Source: Octopus sinensis
Lineage: Eukaryota
Reading direction: 5' to 3'
Length of the DNA: 64,000 bases
NCBI RefSeq assembly: GCF_006345805.1
Contig: NC_043011.1
Location: 39,816,464 to 39,880,463, forward strand
The notes below the pieces were generated by a model. It searched no databases. It had not been told where the DNA came from and worked only from the letters and a program-made list of their open reading frames with translations. Position numbers and translations under genes: made by a program. Positions 12,406 to 24,924 of the stretch are shown piece after piece (within the stretch, counting starts at the first letter, position 1; each line of letters starts with the position of its first letter).

Positions 12406-13560
12406 TACTACTACTTTTCTAGGCCTAATGAAGGCAATACATATACATGGTATCCACAGGTATGTGTATAACTGTCAGCATTGGCATCTAACAGCAACAG
12501 CACATCTTCTACTACTACTACTACTACTACCACTACCACCACAACAACAACAAGAACAACTGCAGTTTCATTTCTTACAACTGCTGTCATTCCTAATACT
12601 ACTACCATTGCCACCACTATAATTTCATCTACTACTACTACTACCAATACTACCACCACATCAATAATTACCCCTAGCAACTGCAAACACAGACACACAA
12701 AAATATACACACACATGTATATATATATATATATACACACACACACATATATATATATGATGGGCTTCTTTCAGTTTCTGTCTACTAAATCTACTCACAT
12801 GGCTTGGTCAGCCCAAGGCTATAGTAGAAGACACTTGCCCAAGGTGCCACGCAGTGGGACTGAACCCGGAACCATGAGAGATAAATATCAATTTAAGTAC
12901 ACATACAATTATGATACCTGAACAGGCATTTTTATAAAATATGCCATATATCTTAACACATCTTCAGGCTCTGTTTTTATAAATATATATATATATCTTT
13001 GGTTTAACACCCGCTTTTCCATTTTTGCATGGCTCAGACAGTATTTGTTGAGATAGATTTTTGGCAGCTGGATGCTCTCCCTGTCACATGACCAGACATT
13101 TCATAGGAGACTGGAAATGGAGGACAACACTTGCATGAAAGTGACACTCATTTTACAAAACAAAATAACACACATACACACATATGTATACGACAAGCTT
13201 CTTTCAGTTTCCACTCACCAAAGCCATTCACAAGGCTTTGATCAGCCTGAAACTTAAAGTAAGAAGATACTTGCTCAAGATAAATAACTAGATAGACAGA
13301 CAGACTGGTAGATAACAGATAAATAGGTAGACAAACAAACAGACAGACTGGTAGATAAACAGATAAATAGGTAGACTGACTTGTAGATAAATGGATAAAT
13401 AGCTAGCTAGACAGACAGACAGACAGACTGATAGATAAACAGATAAATAGCTAGACTGACAGACAGACTGGTAGATAGACAGATAAATAGCTACCTAGAC
13501 AGACAGACAAACAAATAGATAAATAGCTAGCTAGACAGACAGTCAGACTGATAAATGAAT
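11646..13560. repeat. GACA/GATA-derived minisatellite (unit about 32-36 bp, ACAGACAGACTGGTAGATAAACAGATAAATAG), interrupted at 12228-13279
   Basis: Repeated units at 11646-12227 and 13280-13560. Confidence 0.9.
12228..13279 (+). repeat. Composite local duplication of 14347-14787 joined to 22399-22996
   Basis: Near-identical sequence to both donor blocks, with microhomologies at all three junctions. Confidence 0.9.
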
Positions 13561-13696
13561 AGACAAATGTAAGCCAGACATTACAAACAAACATAAAACA
13601 CCAGTCTTAATAGATGCACCATTGCAGAGTTCAGAGGAAGCGATAAAGAATTTTATTGTTTATCCACCACCGACAGGAATTTATAGTTCTTCTTAC

Positions 13697-13886
13697 CTAT
13701 GATCAAACAGATTACACAGCTGTGGCACCAGATATATCGGTGGAATCGCCAAAATATAGACAATGAAACTATCAGCAAGATGGCGTAGATGGAATGTGCC
13801 GAAAATTTCAAGTGGGCACTCTCCAGAACGATACTATCCACTATACTAATCCAGGTGATATCCGTGAAAACTGACGAATTGTTCAT
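13697..13886 (-). CDS. SLC9A6/7/9-like: Probable first coding exon of the same Na+/H+ exchanger (divergent TM1 region)
   Basis: ATG at 13886-13884; encodes MNNSSVFTDITWISIVDSIVLESAHLKFSAHSIYAILLIVSLSIFWRFHRYIWCHSCVICLII. Donor G|GTAAGA at 13697/13696 is phase 1 and joins exon 9937-10157 to give CLIIG-LVVGAVIRY. The hydrophobic segment, W-x-F and H-x8-G spacing match LHETGLAMIYG. Confidence 0.62.
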
Positions 13887-13910
13887 GATGTGGTTAGATG
13901 ACACTCAATA

Positions 13911-13960
<50 letters not shown>

Positions 13961-16803
13961 CCTTTTTTAGTATAAGCAAAAGACCTGAAATTTTGGAGGA
14001 GCAGACAGCTGATTACAACGACCTCAGCGCTTGACTAGTAGTTATCTCATCAACTCCGAAAAGACAAAAAAGGCAAAATCAACTTCAGCAGCACAATGAT
14101 AATAATAATAATAATAATAATAATAATTATGATCGTTATATTCTTTTTTTTACTTTTTGCTGAGTTCTCGTTTCTCAATATAAAAAACCCCTACTCGTGC
14201 GTGTGCATGTTGGTATTTTGTCCTCATATGTTGCCCTCAGACTCTTAGGCCTTGTGGTCAACAAAAAAGAATTATTATTGCTATCATTGCTGCTGCTATT
14301 ATTTGGTTTGTCTCGGCTTTGGTCTTATTCCTGGCAGGATGTACATAGGTAGCAAGTTATTACCAATAACCTAAGGTATCCATAAGTTTTTGGTAGTTGT
14401 CTTTCAAGTGCATAGAAGCCTCCTGACAATCCTTGCTGTCCCTAAGAAACAAACTTTCAGTAAGAGCTATTATTACTATGATTATTATTATTATTATTAT
14501 TATTATTACTACTACTACTTTTCTAGGCCTAATGAAGGCAATACATATACATGGTATCCACAGGTATGCGTATAACTGTCAGTATTGGCATCTAACAGCA
14601 ACAGCACATCTTCTTCTACTACTACTACTACCACTACCACAACAACAACAACAACAAGAACAACTGTAGTTTCATTTCTTACAACTGCTGTCATTCCTAA
14701 TACTACTACCATTGCCACCACTATAATTTCATCTACTACTACTACCAACACTACCACCACATCAATAATTACCCCTAGCAACTGCAACTGCCACCACCAC
14801 CACTACTACAATGGCAATGATGATGAAGATGACCACCACCACCACCACCACAACTAATATTCAAATATCATTCCAACTCCACCACCACCACCACCATCAC
14901 CAATATGCATTACTTTTGTAACTAAGAAGAATAATTTCAACTTCTACCACTACCACTACCAACAACAACAACACCTAAGGAATGACAAGAAATATTGATC
15001 AATTGTTGCTTTTTTAAAAAAAAAAAATAATGGCCACCATCGTCATCACCATCACCATCATCATTGTCACTGTCACATATGTCACTCAATGCCATAGTCC
15101 CACATACCGCTGGGTTATTTATAAGAACAAGAAAAGAAGAGTTGGGGAGGAGGACAGATTCACTACTGCTTTGTACAAAATGGAAGGAACCAATGAAAGG
15201 AAGACTCTACCGAGCCACTCGACCTGCTTGTGTTAGCAGTGAAATTTCCTTCCTTGAATCATACCCTACCATGTGGTGTGGCTGCATTGGTTTCTCCAAT
15301 CCAGTCTAGTCCAGTCCAGTTCAGTCTCAGACGGAACATGAATATCCTAGGCACAGTCCCTTTCTTCACAACAATCCAATGATACAAAAAAAAAGGGAAA
15401 AAGAAAATAGAAGATACACTATGAAGGCATATTGGCTCAGTGGTTAGGGTGTTGCAGTCACAATTATAAGGTTGTTTATTTCGGTTCCCACACTGGGCAG
15501 TGTGTTGTGTTTTTGAGAAAAACACTTCATTTAACATTGCTTCAGTCCACTGACCTGTAAGTGAGTTCCAACAATGGCTGGGAAGTTAATCCTGTGGTGG
15601 ACTGGCATCCCATCCAGAAAGAGAATGTTGTAATCTAAGTCACTTAACCCACCAAAGAAACCAGGTTAAGTTCTGGCTGTGTGAGTCCTAATCGTCACAA
15701 CAGACCTAAGTCTAAGTACAAAACAATTATAAAATATAAAGTAAGTGGGTGAATGAGGATGGAGTAACTGATCATAAATCAACTAGATTAGAGCTGACCT
15801 GGAGTAATCATTATTCTTTTAACTACAGTAGTATACAATCACAATCCACTTCTACCCATTCCAGTGTTCACAGTCAATTATGGTCCCACAGTCAATTGAT
15901 TCAGTAATATAATAGATATGAAAATAAACAAAAAAATAGGATGGGTAAAGATAGAATGACTGAGCATAAATCTGATGGATTAGAAGTGACTTGGGATTAT
16001 CATCATAGCAATAATTATTGTTTCTAAGTCAAATACAAGGCCAGCACTTTTGAGGAGAAGGATTTAGTCAGTTACACTGACTTCAGTTCTTGACTGGTAT
16101 TTTAATTTGACAGCCCCGTGATGTTTAAAGGCAAAGTTTACTTCGGCAAGATTTGAACATAAAGAACTGGATAAACATTGGAGACCCCCCGGGCAAGGTT
16201 GTTTATGGAAGACCAGCAGTCGCCCATGCATGCCAGTCTTCCCTTTCCACACCATTATATGTACATAGGGTAAAGGGTAAAGACCTCCTTTGGTTATGAA
16301 TGACCATGGGATTGCACCTGGAATGTTCCCTTCTGAGGCACAAGTCCGGGCTAGGTTGTTTATGGAAGACAAGTAGTCGCCCACGCATACCAGCCTCCCC
16401 TCTCCATGCCACCAATGCTATTCAAGGGTAAGGCAAAGGGGCCGATACAGCTTGGCATCAGTGACATCACAACTCACTTCCACAGCTGAGTGAACAGGAG
16501 CAATATGAAATAAAGTGTCTTGCTCAAGAACACAACACACAGCCTGGTCTGGGATTCGAACTCACAACATCACGGTCGTAAGTTAGATGTTCTAACTACT
16601 GAGCCATGTGCCTTCACAGGTTACTGGATAAACAATAACAATGTTAATACATATGTTTGTGTATTATGCATGCATGCTCAACTGTATGCATGTCTGTATG
16701 TCTGCAGGTATGTATGTATGCACTTTTGTATAGAGATGTATGTATGTATGCAGCCTTGCATACAGAAATGTATGTATATATATTACTAATGTAAGTATGT
16801 ATG

Positions 16804-17130
16804 TGTTATAATGTGGATCCTTGTCCACTTGTTATTGTTGGCACTGTAATATTCTTGTTGCCACTATTACGTTGTAGCGGTATTCTGCATCTTATTATCT
16901 TTGACTCATCTATCATGCTATTGCTGATAGCTCCACAAGGCAATGACTTTGAAATGTCTACCTTGACGGTAACTTGAACTCATATATATCATGTAACTGA
17001 CACTGACTCCAACTGAGAACTCATACGACTCTACTACTAATGACCTCCTACAACAACTGACTGTCTGACTTTGTAGTGGCTGGTTCATACCACTCTGTCA
17101 TGTGGGAAGGAGTGTACCATTTTCACTACA
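16804..17130 (-). mobile_element. LTR-like sequence (possible solo LTR)
   Basis: TG...CA termini. The minus-strand 5' end TGTAGTGAAAATGGTACACTCCTTCCC...AGTGGTA...CCAGCCA and 3' end TATAACA are shared with 60005-60165. No clear TSD. Confidence 0.4.
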
Positions 17131-17349
17131 CTAGTATGTATGTACATATGTATGTATCAATGTATGTGTGTATGTATGTCATGCATTGGAGCAGCCACAT
17201 CCGGACACACTGTGATCCTTCTGCTTCTCTTAAGTGATGTCCTTGGCCACTGTCAACAACAACACAAATAATGTATGTATGCATATATGTAGCTTTGTAT
17301 ACAAAAATGTATGTAGGTTTGTATGCATTTATCAATCTATGTATGCAAG

Positions 17350-17530
17350 AATGTGTGTATGTACATATGAATCTGAATGCATGTATGCATGTATGTATGT
17401 GTGTATGTACATATGAATCTGAATGTATGTATGCATGTATGTATGTGTGTATGTACATATGAATCTGAATGCATGTATGCATGTATGTATGTGTGTATGT
17501 ACATATGAATTTGTATGCATGTATGTATGT
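17350..17530. repeat. 46-bp minisatellite, about 4 copies
   Basis: GTACATATGAAT recurs at 17361, 17407, 17453 and 17499. Confidence 0.85.
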
Positions 17531-18292
17531 TTCTGAAGATGATATACTGCATGTAATTACCAGATGAATTACAAATGAATGTAACATCTTGCAAAGATTA
17601 AGACAGTTTAGTCTGAATACTAATTCACACACACACACACGTGCTAGACCAATGAATGGTAAGAGTTCCTTCACATACCAAAATGTAGATAAAAAAACAC
17701 TATAAATTATCTGAGAAGAAAACATAATGTAGATAACAGTAAAGAATAAAGTTAATTAGGAGAATCATCCTATACTATTCTAGCAATAATTCAGTTTAGG
17801 AATACACTGAATAAAACTTCGCTAACAAAGGAGCCTCTAGTGGTTGCTCATCATGCTAGAAATCATTCGATAACAGCAACAGCACTTCTTGTACTTACTT
17901 ATACTAATATTACTACCACCAAAGATATTACCACTAGCTAACAACATCACCACTGCCACCATGAAAAGGAGATTAGTCTATATATATATATATCATCATC
18001 ATTTAGCGTCCGTTTTCCATGCTAGCATGGGTTGGACGGTTTAACTGGGGTCTGTGAAGCCGGGAGGCTTCATCAGGCCCAGTCAGATTTGGCAGTGTTT
18101 CTATGGCTGGATGCCCTTCCTAACGCCAACCACTCCGTGAGTGTAGTGGGTGCTTTTTACGTGCCACCTGCACTGGAGCCAGACAAGCTGGCAAACGGCC
18201 ACGAACGGATGCTGCTTTTACGTGCTACCAGCACGGGGGCCAGGCGAGGCTGGCAACGGACACGAACAGATGGTGCTTTTACGTGCTACCGG

Positions 18293-18374
<82 letters not shown>

Positions 18375-18917
18375 GAGGGACATGACTTAGTCATTAGAGT
18401 GTTGCACTCGTGGTTGTAAGATTGTTGCTTCAATTCTTGGACCAGGCGATGCAGTGTGTTCTTGCGCAAAACGCTTCATTTCACGTTGCTCTGTGATCAT
18501 TTTGTGATCTGACATTTGGTACATGGTGCCCCTGTACAGGGAGTGTTGATTTGATGGAGAGGGTGAGCTTATGTGAACACAAACATTTGATCACTATAAA
18601 CAAATCGTCTGAGTGGTTGTTTGGCAAGAAATTGCCAGACCTTCATATGTCCTCTAACAATGGGAGAGCCCATGATACATATATATATATGTTTTATTTT
18701 TTTCAGTCACTGAACTGCAGCCATGCTGCGGCACCACCTCAAAAGGTTTAATCGAAAATATCAACTCTGGTACTTATTAAGTCGTGTACTTATTCTATCA
18801 CCTCTTATGCTGACGCATTAAATCATAGGGATGTAAACAAACCAACATTGGTTGACAAGTGATGGGATGGAGGACAAACACAATCACACACATGTACATA
18901 TATGTAATAATAATAAC

Positions 18918-18952
<35 letters not shown>

Positions 18953-19244
18953 TGATAATAATTAATGAAGGAAATGGAAGATAGATTTAGCACTAGTCTT
19001 TATTCAGCATAACAATTGTTTCAACTCATCTCAATTTATACAGCAGAATTCCTGATGCAGATCCAGCAGAAATATACCTCAATCGTGGAGGACACCAGGT
19101 AGCCCAAACTGTGAACATGCTTTACTCAACACACTAATTGACTAATTAGTCCAAAAAATTACACACATACACACAAATAAATTGACAGATTGAGATAAAA
19201 AATCCAAGGCTGTAAATAGTTTTCAGAACATTTATAAAGAAAAG

Positions 19245-19292
19245 GTTTTACAGTTGTTTCCAGGATATTTTATATATCCCTTCATCAGAGAC
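19245..19292 (-). ncRNA. Minimal type I hammerhead motif in a Penelope-like LTR relic
   Basis: Minus strand GTCT-CTGATGA-A-GGGATAT(ATAAA)ATATCCTG-GAAAC-AACT-GTA-AAAC: intact CUGAUGA and GAAAC, long stem II, GUA triplet. Confidence 0.6.
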
Positions 19293-19423
19293 GGTGCAAG
19301 AAAATGTTTGAGTATTAATTATTGTAGAGAAGATATGAAATGCAGAGGGAAGTAAGAAAATGAAAATAGAAGTGAGATACATAAGGATATTGTATTTCAG
19401 TTCCACCTATACACATATACATA

Positions 19424-20165
19424 CAGGGTGCAATGGGTAACTTGTCGCCATTTTATAATTTAAATTTCATGAATGCGCATTGTTTTTGATTTTGTTGACT
19501 ACACAGTATAGTTGAGTCAGTTGGGCACTGTCTGTGAGGAAAACAGCACCATGATGCAATTCACTCAGCCAGAAATTTCAAGACAACATACTGTGCTGCT
19601 TAGCATTCATGCCAGAAGTTCCAGTACAAATATTTCAGAGTATTTGGGTGTCAATCTGAGAACATATACTGAGAGTGATAAAAATCAAGCATCCAGTCAA
19701 CATCATGGTATCTGGAGTGATTGCTAGTGAAGGTGATGTTATGCCTCCATTCATCTTCCCACACAGCCTCAGAGTAAACACAAAGGCCTACATCAAGCAC
19801 CTGGAGGAGGTTGTGCTGCCCTTAGTCAAGAGGGTGGCTGCTTCAAGACCCTATGTCTGGCAACAGGACTCTGCACCATGCCACACAAGCAGGAGAACCC
19901 AGTCATAGGTGTCAAACAATTTCTGCTATCACATCACCCCTAACATCTAGCCAACTTACTCCCCAGACTGCAAACCCCTTGATTACTATGTGTGGGGAAC
20001 AGTTGAGCAAGAGACCAACAAAACTCCTTGTAACACCAAAGATGAACTGAAAGCAAGGATTATGGCAGCATTCACCGACTTGAACATGGAGACTGTCCAG
20101 AAGAGTTGCAAAAGATTCCAAAATCGTCTGGAGGCCGTAGCTGAAGCCAATGGCAATTTCAAGCA
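19424..20165 (+). mobile_element. Internally deleted Tc1/mariner-superfamily DD37D (maT-like) transposon relic
   Basis: TA-CAGGGTG start. Translation HPVNIMVSGVIASEGDVMPPFIF...YVWQQDSAPCHTSRRTQS*...SPDCKPLDYYVWGTVE...RLEAVAEANGNF has 37 residues between the second and third Asp. In-frame stops are present. Confidence 0.85.
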
Positions 20166-22003
20166 AAAATATACATATAGTATTTCAAGACATTTTTATC
20201 TGTCTCTTTCTCTCATCTTTTCTCTGTCTACTGTATCATTATCAATATTCAGCTGTTCCTCACTTTGCCTTTCTTCACTGTCAGTCATCTCCTACTCTCC
20301 CCTAACTCTTCCCAACTCATATATATTATTAGTCAATCCACCACCACTTACCCACCATTCATTACATCCACTTCTCAACCCTACACAATCTCTAAAGCTC
20401 TCATCTTCTCTTCCCTAATTATCATTCTTCAACATTTCTTCTTCATTCATTACATTCACCTCATCATCCATTCCCATATTTAACCATCTCTTTCCCATTT
20501 ACTCTGGCCATGAGGAAATGTTACACTGATTGAAAATAGGTGAGAGTTGACGACAGAAGGACATAGAGCTACAGAAAATTAGCCTCAACAAATCCTATTT
20601 TACCCATGTAAACATGGAAAAGTGAACATTAAATGATGAAGATGAAGATGATGATGATGATGGTGGTAGTGTACAACAGGCCCCTTTTATCGTCTGTCTA
20701 CCTAATCCACTTACAAGGCTTTGGTTGGCCCAGGGTTATAGTTGAAGTCAATTGCTCAAGATAACTGGACAGTGGGTTTGAACCTGAGGGTGCATGGTTG
20801 GGAAGCAAGCTTCTCAACAGAATACACAGTCCAATGAAGGCTAGCAGGCTGAAACACTGAAGTCTCTGTCACCACTGTTCTAGTAAAAGTATAATAGATA
20901 TGTACTTTAGAAAAATTATTGAATAGTTCCTAAGTTTAATGTACGGTAGCTTACATCAAATCTATGTGTGTGTGTATGTATACACATATATATATACACA
21001 CACACATACACACACATGAATATGTACATGGAAAAGAGGAAGAAAAGAAAAGAAACCCTGCTCCCCACCCTATAATACTGGTCTAGAAAACTATCTTCCA
21101 AAGTCATGAGGTAGATTACCGTGTGTGACGTTAACAACTATTTTCCTCTTTTTATACAATCTAGTCCAATAGTTCTTTAATAGAATATGTTTGTAAACAT
21201 CTGCAATGCAGTCCCTTGTGTTTCAAAGAAACATAATTGACTTCAAAGAAGGGAAAAGTCAATTTAAAGACTGCTTTGTGAGAAAATTTCACTCTCTTAC
21301 AACATGGCTGCCACTGCAGTCCTTCAACAGCTGCTATAGCATTCACAGTATTAAAGCCTCTCTATGGCAATATTCTCACCAACCATGGCTACTAGTTGAG
21401 CCAACCCTCCACATACAAGAAACAGCAACACCAAATCTCATTTAAATTATATCCTAAAAAAGGGTATAATTTAAATGGAGAATTATTTGTTGAGGTGAGC
21501 TGACAGGGGAACCTTTAATGTGGAGCTCTAACAAGCTAGAAATAGCAGCACCAAATTTTCTTCAAATCTTATTCTATTCTCTTAACAAGTAGACAACACA
21601 ACACATTGGATGATGTAGTCCAAGATGCACTATGCCTCCAGAAAATCAGGATGATCGTAGCTGGTACAAGTATATTCTTTATATTTTCAATTAATATTTT
21701 ACTTAATTTCACATTATCCTTTCTGAACAATACATGTCAGTGTTTACTGATGTTCAATAGGTCAATCACTGCTCCACTGTTTTTGCAATAAATAGAGTGA
21801 TAAGGAACTAGCTGTGCAGCTCTGGCAGAACAAATAGCACAAGGTATTCTTGAAAATATTAATCAAATTTTCTGACCAATTTTTACAATTTTTGTCAATA
21901 CACACTAGTGAAAAACCTGTACATCTCTCATTCTCTCTCTCTCCCTATTATATATATATATCTATATAAACTTTATTAAAAAGCAACAAAAGTATCACAA
22001 AAA

Positions 22004-22100
22004 CTGTTACTCAGAGTTTCACATTCCCATTTGTCAGAGTTTTGTTTAGAATCTAAACAAAACTGTCCGACGAACGGGAACGTGAAACTTTGAGTAACAG
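22004..22100. mobile_element. Palindromic MITE-like hairpin element
   Basis: CTGTTACTCAGAGTTTCACATTCCCATTTGTC...GTTTTGTTTAG pairs with CTAAACAAAAC...GACGAACGGGAACGTGAAACTTTGAGTAACAG around a 2-4 nt centre. Confidence 0.7.
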
Positions 22101-22239
22101 ATTTTGTTATTTTGGTATTCGAGTACTATTTTTTGCACCTTGTTTCGCATTTATGTGCTTGCTCTGGTGTGTATGTGTGTATATATATACATACATATAT
22201 ACACACACACACATATATATATATACATATATATATATT

Positions 22240-22590
22240 CTTTTATTTGTTTCAGTCATTTAACTGCGGCCATGCTGGAGCACCGACTTTAGGCGAGCAA
22301 ATCGAGCCAGGACTTATTTTATCAGTCACTGTTGCTGAACTGCCAGGTTACAGGGACATAAACACACCAGCATCGGTTGTCAAGCGATGTTAAGGGGACA
22401 AACACAGACACACAAAAATATACACACACATGTATATATATATATACACACACACACATATATATATATATGATGGGCTTCTTTCAGTTTCTGTCTACTA
22501 AATCTACTCACATGGCTTTGGTCAGCCCAAGGCTATAGTAGAAGACACTTGCCCAAGGTGCCACGCAGTGGGACTGAACCCGGAACCATG
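22240..22590 (-). mobile_element. CORE-type tRNA-derived SINE (OR-like), 5' truncated
   Basis: Minus strand has GGTTCAGTCCCACTGCGTGGCACCTTGGGCAAGTGTCTTCTACTATAGCC (B box plus CORE-like segment), a microsatellite spacer and a GCTCCAGCATGGCCGCAG tail. Confidence 0.8.
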
Positions 22591-24089
22591 AGAGATAAAT
22601 ATCAATTTAAGTACACATACAATTATGATACCTGAACAGGCATTTTTATAAAATATGCCATATATCTTAACACAATCTTTCAGGCTCTGTTTTTATAAAT
22701 ATATATATATCTTTGGTTTAACACCCCCTTTTCCATTTTTGCATGGCTCAGACAGTATTTGTTGAGATAGATTTTTGGCAGCTGGATGCTCTCCCTGTCA
22801 CATGACCAGACATGTTTTCATAGGAGACTGGAAATGGAGGACAACACTTGCATGAAAGTGACACTCATTTTACAAAACAAAATAACACACATACACACAT
22901 ATGTATACGACAAGCTTCTTTCAGTTTCCACTCACCAAAGCCATTCACAAGGCTTTGATCAGCCTGAAACTTAAAGTAAGAAGATACTTGCTCAAGGTAT
23001 TGTGCAGTGGGACTGAACCTAAAACTACACAACCATGCCTGTGCCTTTTTAGCATCAATTCTGCCAGTCTAGGAAAGTCTTCAGGAACTGCCCCTTCAAC
23101 AAGACCAAGCAAATATGATAAAATAAAATAAAATAAAATAAAGTCAATATCTGAATTTGGCCAAATATGCCATTGTTGGCAATTGTAAGTGTTGTATTTA
23201 TGTTGGACAAATTACCATGACTTCAAAACATATTAGAGAGTGTTAATGTGTGTATGGGAGGGGGGGGCTGTTCATAGGTGTATGTGTTTATTTATGTGTG
23301 TTTACATCTGCACTTAGGTGCATGTGTGTTTGCGTGAATACGAGTTTATGTGTTTGCGTGTAGTATGTTTTTATTGCCATGTCATGTGAGAAAAGGCTAT
23401 AAAAACATTAGGAAAATATTTTTCAGATAACAAATAATAGTAACGAGATTGAGAAAGAGAACAGAAGAAGAAGAACAAATGTAATATATATATTTTTTTA
23501 TTATTACATTATACTATACAGTAAACAATTAACTTTTGCAAATATTTAAACCGAGCAAACAAAATCAATATAAAATTATCAAATTACAACTACAGGATTA
23601 GTAATACGATAACTGTTTTGTTTAATAACAAACTACACCATTTCTTTTGTGGGTGGTTATGATTTTATTTTATATATTCTGTTTTTATTTAATTTAATTT
23701 TTTTTTTTTTTTTCTCATATAAGAGATGTTGGTCAGAAATAATTGTCTATTGAAGAATTCAGCTATAAAAGATATTAATGGTTCACTGAGAAGCATTTCA
23801 CACAAAATAAACATGTACTTTAACACTAGTGAGAATCTCCCTGCCCCTCTGACTTGGTCATTAACAAAACCAGGCCCCGGAGTAGAAGAGGAAGCCAGGA
23901 CAAAAGATCAAAGCACTGCAGTCATTTAAAATTCATTTTATTTTTTTTGTTTTTACACAATCTGAATCATTTGACCTGCTTGCAAGAAATAGTAGCCAAA
24001 TCACCCCCAAGTGACATCCTAGCTTCTTTTAAAATATTCATAAAAGGCACATTTTAGATTTTTTTATTTTTTATACTTTTATTCTTTAA

Positions 24090-24548
24090 CCCTTTTGATA
24101 CCAACCTTATTTCTTTACTACCCACAAGGGGTTAAACACAGAGGGGACAAACAAGGACAGACAAACGGATTAAGTCGATTACATCAACCACAGTGCATAA
24201 CTGGTACTTAATTTAATCAACCCCGAAAGGATGAAAGGCAAAGTCGACCTCAGCGGAATTTGAACTCAGAATGTCATGGCAGACGAAATACGGCTACGTA
24301 TTTCGCCTGGCGTGCTAATGTTTCTGCCAGCTCGCCGCCTTCGATACCAACCTGCCTGAGACAATCCCAGGTTCTGCAAGATAAACTTACTGTTTTAAAG
24401 TGGTCTAAATTATAATCTTCTGTCAAAATATGCTTAATTGTTTCAAGCCCCAGCTTAATTAGAAAGTTATTTTACTAAATTCTTCATTATTTTAAAAAAT
24501 AACTGAAATAAAGGCAGCCTATGATAACAGAAATATGGTAACAAAAGG
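24090..24548 (+). mobile_element. piggyBac-like MITE interrupted by a minus-strand SINE (24108-24342) with an 11-bp TSD
   Basis: TTAA-CCCTTTTG...AAAAGGG-TTAA; GATACCAACCT is duplicated at 24097-24107 and 24343-24353. Confidence 0.85.
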
Positions 24549-24924
24549 GTTAACTTGTTTCTGTCATAAGACTTTGGCCATGCTAGGGCAATGCATCACA
24601 GGGTTTATTTAGTTGAAAAAATTCATAAAGGACTAATTTTGTTTTTCAAGTCTGCTACCCTCTGTCATCTTCATAAGGTTCAGGATAAAGGATAAATCTT
24701 CTTCCCGACTCATATAGCTTCATAAGGCCAGTCACTTGGTTTCTGCGGTGTATATATTCCTCCTGGACGGGACACTAGTCAGTCACAGGATTAATAATTT
24801 TTTCCAGCCAAGTGGACTGGAGCAGCATGAAATGAAGTGTTTTCTTCAAGAACACAACGCATTGCCTGATTCAAGAACTAAAACCACATTCTTACAATCA
24901 GGAGTGCAACACTCGAACCATTAA

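Noticed and set aside
12481-12921. Thr-rich mucin-like ORF (also 14585-14857)
   Set aside because: It arises from ACT/ACC/ACA trinucleotide tracts inside a duplicated intronic block and has no splice support.
13700-13900. Plus-strand reading DGMCRK...TIH...HDVV resembling an R4 zinc knuckle
   Set aside because: Two of the three Cys are missing and stops are present. The minus-strand exon reading with an in-phase donor explains the region better, although the alternative is not excluded.
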